A DNA stretch of 64,000 nucleotides from Owenia fusiformis (lineage: Eukaryota). Each line of letters begins with the position of its first letter. The stretch's first letter is position 1. This document shows positions 51,028 through 64,000 of the stretch, piece after piece. The stretch lies in NCBI GenBank assembly GCA_903813345.2, contig CAIIXF020000001.1, positions 36,394,001 to 36,458,000 of the forward strand. The letters run 5' to 3'. Position numbers and translations under genes: made by a program. The notes beneath the pieces are model-generated. The model was not told the origin of the DNA, made no database searches, and worked only from the letters and a program-made list of their open reading frames with translations.

Positions 51028-52098
51028 GTGAGGGTTATGTTATGGGAGGTTTTGGATATGGGGTATATGCCCGGAGGGCACGAGGTAAGATATCATATTT
51101 CCCGAGGGATATACCCCATATCCAAAACCGAGCATCACATAACTAATTTATCCTATGACAAGTGACTTTTGTCCCTTTATCCAAAACCAACCGTACATAA
51201 CAGATGTATTTCATACCTACTGAGGTTCTAGGTACATCATACCTTATAAAGATCCAAAATTCCAAAACATACTTAAGGTACGCGTTTTCTTTGTCTTTGT
51301 CTTGTGAAAAAAAATTTTGAAAAAAAAATTGAAAAAAATAAAAAATGTGAAAAACTTTTGGACAAAAATCTTTAAAAAGATTTTTTTTTAAAAATAAAAA
51401 ATAAATTTTGAAAAAAAAATTTGAAAAAAATAAAAAAAATAATGTTTTCCCGGGAATATTGGTGCGGTAGATATACAGCGGGAGATATACAGCGGCCGGG
51501 AGATATAGAGGTTCTTATATGAGTACCTGTGCAAGATCGTCCATTCTTGATGAGCTTTGATAATTCTTCTTTATCGAGTCGAAGACGAGATAAAGAAACA
51601 TTATCAAAGCGAGTCAAGAATGGACGATATTGCACAGGTACGAGTACAAGAAAGTTTTTCTCATATGACTCTGTATTATGCCATATTTTCACCATTTTAT
51701 CATAAAACTTAGTGAAAAATAGCTTCAAATTAATTGAACTTCATCTTTCAATTGTTATGACGTCATAACAATATTGAAGAAAGTACATAGATACACGTGG
51801 CAACATAGCTCCATTGTTATGACGTCACAGCTTAGTTTTGTAGAATTAGCATGGATACTCATAGCAACGGTGTGTCCGTTGCCATGTTGATGATGTTTAT
51901 AGACCAGTGATGTCACAAGTAAATCTCATCTTGCACGTGTGACTTTTTAGGATGAAAGATGGCAATATCTTGCATGGGGTAAAGATGGCTGTATCTTTGT
52001 TAGTCATATGAGAAATATATATATGTCCCGCTCCTCCAAGATATCGATTTTATATCCCGCTGTTATGTACCTGGAACCTCACTTATCATAGGATAAAT
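51028..52098. mobile_element. Palindrome-rich repeat, possibly Crypton-type non-autonomous
   Basis: Hairpin ggttttggatatggggtat...ataccccatatccaaaacc (51048-51129); inverted aatttatcctatgacaagtga (51145) / tcacttatcataggataaatt (52098); similar motifs at about 36010, 61280 and 63935. Confidence 0.45.
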
Positions 52099-52225
52099 TA
52101 AACTATCTATCGGCGATTGATTAAAAACTGATGGAAGAATACGCTTACATCGTATTCTGTTTTACCATTATTGCACATGCCACGTGTTAGTCCATTTGTC
52201 AGTGCCACGCCTATGCATCCAATAG

Positions 52226-52430
52226 TGAACCTATGAATTGCTAAAAACACGATGTTTTGGTTAATTTATAACGATAAAGCTCTCCTGAAGAGATTTAGCG
52301 GGTTGGACAAAACGTTATATGATTATTTCCCAAAGGTTGCCCTTTGTCCAACCCAGCTAAATCACTTCATGACACCCTCATAATAGTGATTCCACAATAA
52401 AACATGTGTTTTTACAAATTCAAATGTTCA
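52226..52430. mobile_element. Degenerate fold-back MITE
   Basis: gatttagcgggttggacaaa pairs with tttgtccaacccagctaaatc; outer aaaaacacg...tgtgttttt also pairs. Confidence 0.6.
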
Positions 52431-52662
52431 AAAAATGACACCTCGACTATGAGAGTTTCAGTTTTATGGTACCCACATGAAAAAGCTCAGAGTTAAACGT
52501 AGTACATGCATGCTTCGTCTCTATGAAGTAAGCTCTCTCAGAGAGTTCGACCAATTTACGCCGTCACGTCCATATATGCGGGCAACACCACCACGAGTTA
52601 TTGTATGTCTGGGGAATAACACCAGTATTTAGATATTATATTTAAAAGATAAATCAATGGTG

Positions 52663-52933
52663 TCATATGCTTGTCATGTCAGTTCCCCCATTCTGTGAGC
52701 TCGTGGGGGTGTCTTGCTCCAAAGCAACAACGGGACATCCATGTTTGTGCCTAGGTGGTTTCTTTGGTCGCGTTCTCGGAGTCCCCGGGCTAACAACCAC
52801 AGAGTCCCAATGAGAGCACCCCGCCAATTGGGACTCTATAGGTTCTCTATGTGATGAGGTTTGTGATATCTTTGAAAACTGCACTTTGTTACTTTTGGAA
52901 TGCTTCTTGTTGCCCTTGTTTTGAACTTTGAGA
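52663..52933 (-). CDS. Candidate terminal exon of an unidentified minus-strand gene
   Basis: Good acceptor tttaatttctcgttgcAG, then an open frame LKVQNKGNKKHSK...SPGTPRTRPKKPPRHKHG...DMTSI* with higher GC than the flanks; no recognised domain. Confidence 0.35.
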
Positions 52934-53819
52934 CTGCAACGAGAAATTAAAATGAATTACATGATGTTCACCATTTCTAAAATAGAATAACTTGGTATTG
53001 ACACAACAAATGTTACTGCCAATTGGTTGCAAGTACACAAAAACTAAACAATAGCAGAGCGGGGCGTTTTAAGCAGAAGTTGTTAAAAGCATTCCTGATA
53101 TTTGTGCTGAAAATATCAAATCAAAAAATTAAAGCCTATTCTAGAACCAACGTAGTCTTCTATGTGACTGTGATCGACGTACCCCCTCCTTATCTACTTC
53201 ACCTTAATTAACAAACGACAGTGGCCATATCAATATGTCACAATACGTATAAGTGATGAATGATGACATAAACACAAAACTGGAAGGGAGCTTTCTAAAA
53301 AATGCATAGCATCTAACAAACAAAACACTAAATTACACAACATGGAAACTATCCAGTATAATCCTATAATCATGGTTGAAATTTGCAGATAGTATATCAA
53401 CTCTTCTATTACACGGTTCACTGAGTTACGATCTACTAAAAACTAATAATTCTTGCTTGGCATAAATATCAACAAAATTAGACCTACTTGTAGATCTAGA
53501 TCTACCTTTATTAACTGTCAATGTTTCAGTATCTGTCACAGAAAATACCTCTTCTCTTTCAAGTCTGAAGGTGGTGCGATGCTGGTTTATGTCATCCTTC
53601 TTCATATAGCGACTATAATAATAAAAGATACATGCAAAGCTATACATCCATCCTACCAAGGTACGTGAACTTACAATTTCCATGCCAGATTATATCTAGA
53701 CAGCATTAACTGCATAGAAAAAAATATTGCGTAATCTGCCTAGATTTTCGCATATTATTGTCAATAATTATTTTGTGGCCTTTCTTCAAATATCTTTGAC
53801 AATGTATTCATTAATTAAG

Positions 53820-54325
53820 GCCTCATTATGACAAAAGGTCATTAATGCATTTTTTGTCAATGTTCTCTGATTAATTAATTATTTCTCAACTTGGTCATTC
53901 TGCAAATCATTTTTGTCAATGTTTTGATTGATTAATAATTTCTCAATGTCATTCTGGAAATTATTTTTGTCAATGATCTGAATCGAATCAAATCTCAAGG
54001 CCATTCTGCAAATTATTTTGTCCATGTTCTGAATGATTTAAATCTCAAGGTCATTCTACAAATTAAATTGTCAATGTTCTGAATGATTTAATTTCCAAGG
54101 TCAATCTGCGAATCATTTTTGTCAATGTTTTGATTGATTAATAATTTCTCAATGTAGTCATTCTGGAAATTATTTTTGTCAATAACCTGAATCTTAAGGT
54201 CATTCTACAAATTATTTTGTCAATGTTCTGAATGATTTAATTCTCAAGTTTTGGAAATTATATTTGACAATGCTATGATCGATTATTTCTCATTAGACCT
54301 CATTCTGCAAATTGTTTTTGTCACT
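53820..54325. repeat. Degenerate 50-58 bp tandem array, about 9 copies
   Basis: ggtcattctgcaaattattttgtcaatgttctgaatgatttaaatctcaa-like unit. Confidence 0.88.
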
Positions 54326-54662
54326 TGACTCAGTATACTTGTACAGTATACTTAAAAGGAGAGACAATTGAGTTCAACATAATCTCGCTGTTCCAGTTGT
54401 CCGATATATCAGTGGATGATTTACGTATGTGTCAATTTAATTATTTTACGCCATGATAAAAAACGAGAAGAATGGAAATAGGCACCATAGCGGTAATTCC
54501 TTGTACGACTCGTCCTCCGGAGTCTTTGCCGTAAATACTAAAACATACAAGTATTTTTGGTAAAAACGCTAAGAAAACATTCCATTTTTTTAAAACAGAT
54601 GTTTCGATATGCTAGAAATTAATATACCCCGTGCAATGAGTATAAATAACATTCGTGGGCAA

Positions 54663-54799
54663 TGCCTGGTTCACATTTGCTCCGATCCATCGGCCGGCGC
54701 CCGCCCGATTTGTTTTGTTCAATATTGTATTCAATTTTGAACAAAATACTCAATCGCCCAGGCGTCGTAGTGAAAATCGGAGCAAATGTGACCAAGGCA
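54663..54799. mobile_element. PIF/Harbinger-like MITE
   Basis: TIR tgcctggttcacatttgctccgat / atcggagcaaatgtgaccaaggca; flanks caa and taa. Confidence 0.6.
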
Positions 54800-54820
54800 T
54801 AACCTTTACTTCTGTTTGTA

Positions 54821-56353
54821 CACACCCCTCCATAAGTTTGGCAACCTTAGCTTCCCCATTGAACTACGTGTTAAAGCCCCTTTACCTTTGAATTTTTATT
54901 TACTTGACCTGCGATGAAAATACTTATACTATTGATGGAAACGTAATTTGACTTTATTTCCAATACCTCCAATTTTTTTCAAATTGATGATAAAGGATAG
55001 TTATCGATATGGAGAACTGAATTAAACAATGTTTTTCTTTTAAACCAATTTATGAAAATATTCTGTAAAAAACACGGTCCTTTATGTTATGTTGACTGAT
55101 TGCGACAATTTAATGCAAAAATTATTTATATAAATTTTATAAGTGTTTTTGATAACATTTTTGTTTTTTAGTACAAATGTTTTTTGTTCCATTCTACCAA
55201 TTCTTGAGAATGAAATAAAATGTCTTTCTGAACCTCGTTGGAACAAAATAGCATATACAACATTTTGTCAGACCTCTCAATATTATATAGTTATACAAAG
55301 GGATTTTTGGTTGATTTTAGAAAAAAGCATTCAAAAATTAAAACAAAGCCCCTTAAAATAGATAAAAATTAAGATAAACCTTTTATTTCATTAAGATACT
55401 TTTTAAAATCAACCAAAATTTCCTTTGTACAATTACAATATTGAGAGACCTAAACACGAACTGTGTTTATGTCATTTTGTTCCAATGAGGTTAGGAAAGA
55501 TGTTTCATTTCATTCCGAACATACGATACCAAGAACAAAAGAAGTGTCTGATGTGTTTTCTAAAGCAATATATATATGTACTTTTTTCAAATTATATTGT
55601 TACCATTCAAAAGAAAACCATTAAATTGACGATGTGTAAAATTTTTAGAATTTTTGATGACTGGTTTAAGAGAAACGTGCGTTCAAAAAGTTCAAAATAT
55701 CGATATCAATTCTTTGATGAATTTTTGAAAATCGACATTCCCATGTTAACCAATGGGAAATGGTAGGTTTGCCGCAAGTCATGTGGCAGAATATCCATCC
55801 ATCCGAGTCCTTGCAAAAATACATGTTAAGTAGGCAATTGAAATCGCTAACTTTATTTCACAAAAAATTGATACGTTTCTTCAGGTTCAACAAAGTTACA
55901 GGTCTTTAAAGTCAAAACTGTTTTTCAAAAACCTCTCCCATTGAAATAACACAAGAGGCGAAAAATAATTTTCAAAAATGACTTTTAAGGTCTATAACTT
56001 TAGTATTTATCAAGTAAACTAAGCGCTTAGTGTACAAAAAAGTTAGGCAATTTTTTATATAAGAATATTTGTTGCCGAATCTTTTGCTGAATAGATATCC
56101 TGATTTCTGATTTATCCCGAACCCACCATTTCCCATTGGTTTACATAGGAATGACGATTTTCAAAAACTCATCAAATTTTTCATCAATTTTACACCTATT
56201 GTTATTGAGGCAAAAATGGATTTGGAGGTACTGGAAATAAAGTCAAGTTGTGTTTCCATCAATAATATAAATATTTATATTATAAGTAAATAAATATTTA
56301 AAGGTAAAAGGACTTTAACACGTAGTTCAATGGGGGACTTATGGAGGGGAGTG
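54821..56353. mobile_element. 1.5-kb Tc1/mariner-type non-autonomous element with internal hairpins
   Basis: TA|cacacccctccataag...cttatggaggggagtg|TA; outer arms of about 150 bp; extra inverted pairs at 55190-55340/55395-55515 and 55710-55770/56120-56180. Confidence 0.85.
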
Positions 56354-56386
56354 TACGTTTTTCTTTATTTTTTAAGTCACTTCCCC

Positions 56387-56932
56387 TTATCCCGTTCCCG
56401 GACTATAGTCCTGCACTGAGCGCATTCATTTGCCTGTACGATTACAACTTGGGAGAATTATCTACGCCCCTTACACTTAAGATACCTACCTCAATGCATT
56501 ATAGAACTCAAGATGTAACTTCTAATATATTGGAACCGCCGATTGTCTGGGTATATCGGCAGAACGGGAACATTTTCTCTTTTTCATCGAGAGAGATTCC
56601 ATCACTTTTCAAAATGGCGGTTGGATTTAAAAGGGGAATCCCCCGTTTGGCTGTCCCGGATGTAGCCCGGAAGTACCAATATGGAGGAATTTGACGGTTG
56701 AAATAAGTTAAATGTTACACGCAAATATTGCGATCAAAAACGAAAATGTCTTCGTTCTGCCGATAAACCCAGACAATTGTGGATTCAACTACACGAAAAG
56801 AATGCTAAATTACCAAGGAATCTATTGAAGTAGGTATCTGAAGTGTAAGATGAGTAAAAAATTCTCCCATGTTGTAATCGCACAGGCAAAAGATTGAGAT
56901 GTTCACAGGACCATAGTCCGGGAACGGGATAA
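56387..56932. mobile_element. MITE with ~110-bp TIRs and 8-bp TSD
   Basis: acttcccc|TTATCCCGTTCCCGGACTAT...ATAGTCCGGGAACGGGATAA|acttcccc. Confidence 0.85.
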
Positions 56933-57157
56933 ACTTCCCCCATAACTCTGGAAGTATCAATAAGACCTTAACTTATATAACTTAATCAAACACGAATGAC
57001 ATTCAATGATGATTGATGAAGTTAAATGAGGAAAAGGGTTTCCAAACTTTTAGAAGGGAGTGTATGTGAATATCATCACGTCACCATATTGCGACATTAA
57101 GAAGTTAAAAGATTGGAAACCTACATTTTGATAATAGAGACGCCATTTTCAAAAAAC

Positions 57158-57510
57158 ATTAATTTAAATTCTAGACCTATCAGATGTTTGAAAATCAATA
57201 ATTGTCTCTTACTGCACCATTTTTCTTCAAAGTTGTTCCATCAAAAGCAAAACAAAAATGCCTTTCTATTGACCTTTATTCTGTTATGTCCCTCCTTCTA
57301 GTGGCGTTTTGGTCCCCAACTGTTAGAAACGCTTCTTACAACTGGGGACCCAAAACGTTGCTGAATGGAGGGACTCAGTATAAGAGAAAAATGTACCAGC
57401 AGAAAGGCATTTTTGTTTTGCATTGTATGAAACAAGTTTGAAAAACGGTGCAGTATTCTCAAAATCCTTGATTCTCAAACATTTGGTATGTCTAAATTCA
57501 AATTAATTAA
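57158..57510. mobile_element. Fold-back (whole-length palindromic) MITE
   Basis: gcaaaacaaaaatgcctttct pairs with agaaaggcatttttgttttgc; pairing continues outward and inward to a central hairpin near 57330. Confidence 0.7.
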
Positions 57511-59190
57511 CTGCTATTTTCGTGTATAGTTGGACCCCAGTACGGATCCTCCCTAGCGTACAAATCTCGATCTCATACTAAGAGTACACTAGGGTTTCAT
57601 CATATATCATGTCCATCCCTCTGAAGATGCAAAAACATGTAACTCATCTTATCATAGACAATGATTTCCTCTTCCCTGTCATGATATGTTAAAGGCTTAT
57701 TATTGTTTCGTCACACACGCTTGGGCCTGCTTGCCTTGCCACTTAGTCATTGGTACTGTATTCTTCAAACTAATTACCAATTACCGTTTCGGTAACAAAA
57801 TGCCAAAACCTCAAAGGTAAAATTTTCTTTTTTCCTTAATTCACAAACTTTTAAACCAGTTAAGTATGTAATACCTTGCTGGATCAAGATGTTAATTCCC
57901 GTTCCGTAATTAATCGTCTTTTGAAATATTGCTCACAAACGTAATTTTGTCAGTTTTCGTATGAACCATGAACCATTAGTCTACATTTGCATACTAACAG
58001 GACGGTTTTCCACTAGCCAGTTGAACCAGAGTCAACGTAATTATACCATGGTACATATATTCTGTAATGAATGGTAAACAACACTGTGCACGTGCTCAAC
58101 TCAAACAAACCAGACACACTCAAAATTATTCTGATTTATCAGAGTCTCTTTTTATCTAATGCTTGTTCCAACAAATAGGAGAAACTGTGGCTCCCACAAT
58201 GACTCAGAGTGGGCCTGTCTGATCTTACTCGAGTCTCTAGCCAATTCTTGGCACACTCAGTGGCCATAGAATATGGTAAGTCTGATCAATAACCAATCGT
58301 GCCTTGGAGAACTTTCTTGGTCAAAATGGTTACTATCTATATCAATTATGTAATAATTAATTCTGATATCCATTGGTGTGTACATTGCCATTCATTACAA
58401 AAATGGATTTTTTAAATTTAATAGCTGTTATAAAGATCCATGTGAGTTTTGGTTTGCTTAAAATACAGGTCAATAAAGTAGTAATCCACACTAACATTTT
58501 GAATTACAAGCAGCTTGAAGAACTCTGAACATCATCTATCAATGATCCATTCCGTGGAATAGGTTTTGTTTACATTAATTACTACACAACAAAACTGATC
58601 ATTTCATGTTTTAGGTTAAAAGATCGATTCTAACCTTTTTCCAAAAAATCACATTTATAGAAATTCATAACAAAAATATTTGAAATCTCTAAAACCTCTT
58701 AGGCTGCTGTATGGTTCGCCAACAGCTAGGACGTTTGACGAGCGTGCTCGTCATGGCAAATATTAGTGGTCATAGATGCACTACCATCTAAAATATGGCA
58801 ACAAAAACCTTCTCCTCGGATCACGTGAAGCAAATTTGTATTTGTGAAAGCCATTCCACGGGTAGTATCCAAAGCCCCGCTATAATTTAAAAGTAGCGAG
58901 CAAGTTCCCGCTGAAATCGCGAGCATTGTCCTGTTTATTTGTATCACTTTGGAAAATGGACCAAAAGGATGAAAATACTTATTACCGTTCTTTAATACTC
59001 CAGCTATACTTTGAAAACAGATATATTTGACAAACAATGACATAAAAAATTATTCTTTTTCACTGGCATGGAAGAAAAGGGCGTCAACATGCATGTTTGC
59101 ATAATTTACTGTTCATATATTACTTTTTAATAACGGCAATAAATATGATTTACAAACTCCATAATACATATTGGATCAATATGGTCTATA

Positions 59191-59815
59191 CAGGGTGTCC
59201 CGAAAGTATGGGCCCCCCCCCCCTAGAGTATGTGTCATATATCATTTTAAAGCTTATCCAAAGTTACATTGATTTGCCAAGTATCATGGTTTAACTCCCA
59301 AATGGGAAAAAGTTACAGTAATTTTAAAAGTTAGTGTTTTGTCAAAATAAAGCTCAATTTTACACCACATTACTAGTCAATGTGTCCCCCCTTGGCCATG
59401 TTAACAGCAGCAATTATTTTCATATATGACCTCAGAAGCCCTTCAAATAGGGGTGTGGACTTTTATAACCCTCTTAAAACCTGTAAAGGGACTTTAGAAG
59501 AGTTTCCTTAGAGTTTCTACCCTCACCGTTCTCTTTTTCCAACTCAATATCCAACCGACCCGAAAATAATTGCTGCTATTAAGATGGCCCGGGAGGACAC
59601 ATTGACTAGTGTTTTGGTGTAAAATTTAACTTAATTTTGACCAAACACTAAATTTTGAAATGCCTGTAATTTTTTCACATTTGAGAGTTGAACCATGATA
59701 CTTGGCGAATCAATGTAACTTTGGATAAGCTTTAAAATGATATATGACACATACTATGACGACACAGGTATATGTCTGCCTAGGGGGGGGGGGGGCATAC
59801 TTTCGGGACACCCTG
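59191..59815. mobile_element. Tc1/mariner-type MITE with long TIRs
   Basis: TA|CAGGGTGTCCCGAAAGTATG...CATACTTTCGGGACACCCTG|TA; arms of about 230 bp. Confidence 0.9.
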
Positions 59816-59974
59816 TATATGTATTTATAAGTGACTGTAGAATTACGTCTACCATGGGAGATGATATACATCATTAAAGGTGTTTCAGTGGCCCCGCTGA
59901 AAACATGAAGAGGGCCCGCTAAAAACATGAGGAGGTCCCGCTTCGATCGCGAGGAAAGCTTCATCATTATTCTG

Positions 59975-60430
59975 TTCGTTCAATTCGTGGATGTGTTCGT
60001 CTAAAATTCGTTCGCTCATGCGTGCGTTCGTCTGACTGTTTGTTCGTTCGTTCGTGCATTCGTCCGATCTTCCGTTCGTCTAGTCGTACGTCCGGTCGTT
60101 TTTGCGCGCGTTTGTCTTACCGTCGGTTCGCGCGTTCATCCGGCCATTCGTGCGCGGGTACGTTCGTCCGACCGTTCATTTGTTCGTTCGTGCATTTATT
60201 CGTGCGTGCGTTCGTTCGTGCGTGCGTCCGTGCGAAGGTTCGTTCGTTTTTTGTTCGTAAATACTTTTTGCGTTCGTTCGTTTGGACGGGAGTAGATAAG
60301 AATGAATTAAGTTGGGAAGGAAAGGGGAAGAAGAGTCGAACACAAGTAAGGAAGGAAGAGGTAAGGAAAAATTGATGAAAGGAAGAAGGAATTGAAGAAA
60401 TAAAGGAAGGAAGGAGGGAAGAACAAAGGA
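59975..60430. repeat. Degenerate (TTCG/TGCG/TCCG)n microsatellite followed by a (GGAA)-rich purine tract
   Basis: Visible tetranucleotide periodicity at 59975-60285 and a polypurine run at 60310-60430. Confidence 0.85.
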
Positions 60431-62119
60431 TTGTTAAAGTATAATTGGTAGTAACAAGAGACAAGACAGGCTATTTTCAGGAAAATCAAAAACACAGGTG
60501 GAGACAAGGCATTTTGAAGGCAAGCCTTTAGAGATTGCACAAGCACTTCGGTAGAGGTGATGAGCGGGTATTGAATCTTTGGACATCTGGAAGACATAAA
60601 CATGTCACCCTGATCACAAGGATAACAACAACATGCATTGTAGAAGCAATCTAAAATGCAGTTGGGAGATTGACACTGAGGGAAATAAGTGCCATTACAG
60701 ATGATTTAAATATTAAATAGAATGATCAGGAATGATGGTTGAACGTATTGTGCTACAATGTACTGTCTTCAATATTGAATCACCCCTCGTTTTTGAGAAT
60801 TGTATCAACAAATAATGTATTCATGAAACTGGGTACAATAGTGGATCACGCTGAGGGCGATAGTGGGGGGTTTTCAGGGTATAATCAGGATGCACTCCAT
60901 TTTTGAGAGACATTTACTCCTGTTTTCACCGGCACCACCTCATGTTTTCAGCGGGGCCTCCTCGTGGTTTCAGCGGGGTCTTTGATCTATTGCTCCTGTT
61001 AGAAACTGGGCCTTAGAGATATGTTAAAATTGAAATATCAAGTGTTCTGTAAAGCTTTAGGAAGTGAAACTCAGTACATTTTTTTCAAATTACCATCATT
61101 ATTTCAACCACAGAACAACGTCGTTCTTCACCTATAACATATAGAAATATATAAATAAAGATTTAAGATGATACTTTTTCAACTGTCAAATAAAGAACCA
61201 CAGAACGACTGCTCGTGATACTTTTTTTTCCAGCAGTTGCTTTTTAGTATCAATACCATGTTATCATTGGGGGAAATTATTTGGATACTACCCGTGATTT
61301 AGCATTTCAGTGATGAGGCCCGGGCGTCATATAAATTCTAAGTGTTACTGTTCTGAAATTACGAAATTGACATTAACATGATTCTTACTGAGGATATCAA
61401 ATTGCTATCGATTTCTTCATAATTTTACAAATAGCACAACGATCATGCATTGTTGCAATATAATATATACTGCATATAAAATTACAGTATGGTGAAATTA
61501 TGATTATGAAACAAAATTGAACTAAATTTTCTCTTCCAACAAGATCTTTTTGTGTAAACGTTATATTTTCTTTTTTATTCAGGCCAAAGCCAAATATATG
61601 TTTTCTCGATACGATTGAAGGTCCTACTAAATATACCCATTCTGTTACAATTTTAGCTTTTGTTTAATTTTTCAAATATGGAACGAGCAGATACAACAAA
61701 ATTTTGCGAAATATTAATGTTTGCCAACATTATTTTTTTACACAATTTATCAATGGAATTAATACCTGGGGTGAAACAACAAATTATTGTTAACGTTTCA
61801 TAACACAATGACAAACAGGTAAGATGTATCTGTAATCGAATGTTACAGAAGTATTGGAATGTATATATAAATAAATTCTGAAGGCATATCGAATAATCTA
61901 TAAAATGCATTTGTAATCAAATGCCTTACATGTCTACTTTGACCTTACTGGTTGTGATGAATTTTCTGATGTTTATTTCTTCTTTGACATTACTGCTGGT
62001 TATCATCACATTTTTAAGATGATGGTAGAAATCAAAACTATTTTTTCTCAAATATATCCAAAACGCATTTAGACCAAAGTGTTTTAGAAACCCTAAACCA
62101 ATTTAAAATTCATTTCATA

Positions 62120-62360
62120 CAGGGTGTCCAAAAAACAGGACCGTAAGAAAGTTGAATAACTCGGTCAATTTTGCATATTTTGCCTTGAAATTTCAGAATT
62201 ATTTAGTTCATTCAATCTTTGTTCATTGAAAATTTACAGTTCCTTACAAAACATGGCCCAAATGTGCACCTCTCCTCTCACAATTCAATCCGGCGAACAA
62301 AGTTGTCGATGATCTTCCTCCACACATATCTTTCTGAATGGACAATTACAAGTTTATTCC
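62120..62360 (-). mobile_element. Tc1/mariner element 3' end with transposase C-terminal remnant
   Basis: TA|CAGGGTGTCCAAAAAA terminus; minus strand reads RKIIDNFVRRIEL then, frameshifted, RGAHLGHVL*. Confidence 0.7.
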
Positions 62361-64000
62361 AAGAAACTGGGGCTAATGAAATGTTACGGCATCCATTGCA
62401 TTCTGAACAATGCATTGCTTGGGTGGCAATGAGGAAACATTGAATCATCAGTCCTTTTTGGTTCGAGGGTGACTGGGAACGTGCTTTCACCATGAACAAG
62501 GACCAGTAAGTTCTCGCTAATTTTGGAGGTCACTAAGCACCTAAAGGGACATCTAAGGAGATAAGCAGTGGTTTTCAAAATGCATTGAACCTATAGAGTG
62601 ATATCAGAGTTTCCTTCCTGAATTTTTTCATCAATAAATATGGAAAGGTCTTAGAATTATTACAAAATATCTACTCAATCAACATTGAGCATCACAGGAC
62701 AGTAAGTGACCAAAATATTGATTTTGCAAGGAACTGCAAATAAAAAACACGGTGCCATATGAAGAACTGTCCTCAAAATAATTTCTTTGCCCCCCCCCCC
62801 AACATAATTTTATGGGATAAAAAGTGCCCCTTGAACTTGCTAGGGTGGATTTTTTCATTTAAAACAACGAATATATTCATAAAATCACAATGGGTTAATT
62901 TCTGCAGAGATTTGAACCCAAAAATAAGGAGACTATATATGATAAGCTTACCAAATAGTAACCACTGCTGCTACAACAAATACAACAAATGCCACACCAG
63001 CAGCAATAACAGCCCACATCCAAATGTTAGATGGCCCATCAACTGAAAAGGACAATTTAAAGCGGGTCAAATCTCCAACATTACCTCTAAAATATATCAT
63101 AACATAAAATTCTGAATGGTCTAGCTACATGCCTCTGACCCCGACTATACACCTTCTCACAAGGTCTTGTAGCTAGACTAACTTCCGAACGACTTTTAAC
63201 TTTTACCACCAATACACTGTACATGCTTGGACCTCATATAGAGTTTGAAAAATATCATGCTGTTTACAAAGCATACATCTTTCCAAGCTAAGATATATCC
63301 AGAAAAGAACGTTTCTGTATCGAAGTCCATTGATAATTGATGTCATATTGAATTTAAAATACTTCCGAAAATATTATATTAAGAGCTAAGTTCGAGGTTG
63401 AACATTTTACATTTGATACATTTTTTGTGTGTTTAGTCTGTAGTTGTTCGACAAGGCCGTAGTCAGGGGTGTGCATCGAGCGCGAATACAACCTCATTTT
63501 GCCTCTTTTTAAAAAATTTGACTCGTTGTTATTTTTTAATTTGCCTCAGAAAACGTGAATATTTCAAAATTTTATTAACAATTTTATTGGATACTTTCTA
63601 TTTGGCTTTCAATCCATTTTCCACATAAGAAGGTGGAATGTCACTGCTGATTAATGCCCAAAATCTATTGAAATGTGAGAGACTATAGAATCACGCCCGG
63701 TGATCGGGAAAATGGGACGGAGGGAAAATGGAAAATTCAAAAAATCTGGAAGATTTATTTTTTCAAGAAAGATTTTGCTATTGAATTCCTGAATGAATAG
63801 GCGCACGGGTATGGTAAAATATGTTAGGCCTTCTACAATTTATGACCCAATACGCTTCCAAGATATGAGATCTATTTAAAAAAAGCGCAAGGCCACCAAT
63901 ACGCACAATGGTCTACACGACCTGAAATAAATAGAGATTATCCTATATGAGGTTCAGGATATTGGGATTATCCCGAGGCCAATATAATATATTTGCCCGA

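Noticed and set aside
58179..58275. Plus-strand exon-like segment (AG...GTAAGT)
   Set aside because: Stop codons in all three frames and no partner exons; at most a non-coding exon.
58726..59043. 105-aa minus-strand ORF
   Set aside because: No recognisable domain, and it contains the motif ttggatactacccgtg also present in a repeat at 61281.
60022..60603. Three overlapping ORFs of 98-117 aa
   Set aside because: Produced by stop-poor microsatellite and polypurine tracts.

Overview
AT-rich, intron-rich animal genomic DNA, most likely an invertebrate and plausibly a lophotrochozoan (inferred from gene structure, repeat types and mosaic CpG depletion). It is not prokaryotic, and most ORFs in the supplied track are spurious. 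The left ~37 kb holds 14 phase-compatible + strand coding exons (3559-35530, about 816 codons; the first exon(s) with the signal peptide were not found and probably lie upstream). They encode a pikachurin/EGFLAM-like extracellular matrix protein: EGF, low-complexity linker, EGF-LamG, EGF-LamG, EGF-LamG. The most unusual feature is that two acceptor sites of this gene (first and last exon in the window) lie inside 68-69 bp tandem arrays. Each unit is the intron 3' end plus the exon 5' end, giving stacks of 5 and 3 near-identical acceptors, and only the last acceptor in each stack gives the intact protein. The gene body is CpG-depleted and strongly enriched in the octamer TACATGTA, a classic Tc1 excision footprint; the right 27 kb keeps its CpGs and by eye lacks the octamer. 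The right part is a dense, nested set of non-autonomous DNA transposons (Tc1/mariner, Helentron-type HINE, Transib-like with 5-bp TSD, Ginger-like, 8- and 9-bp TSD families, possible CACTA), plus a weak candidate minus-strand gene end near 52.7-53.6 kb.
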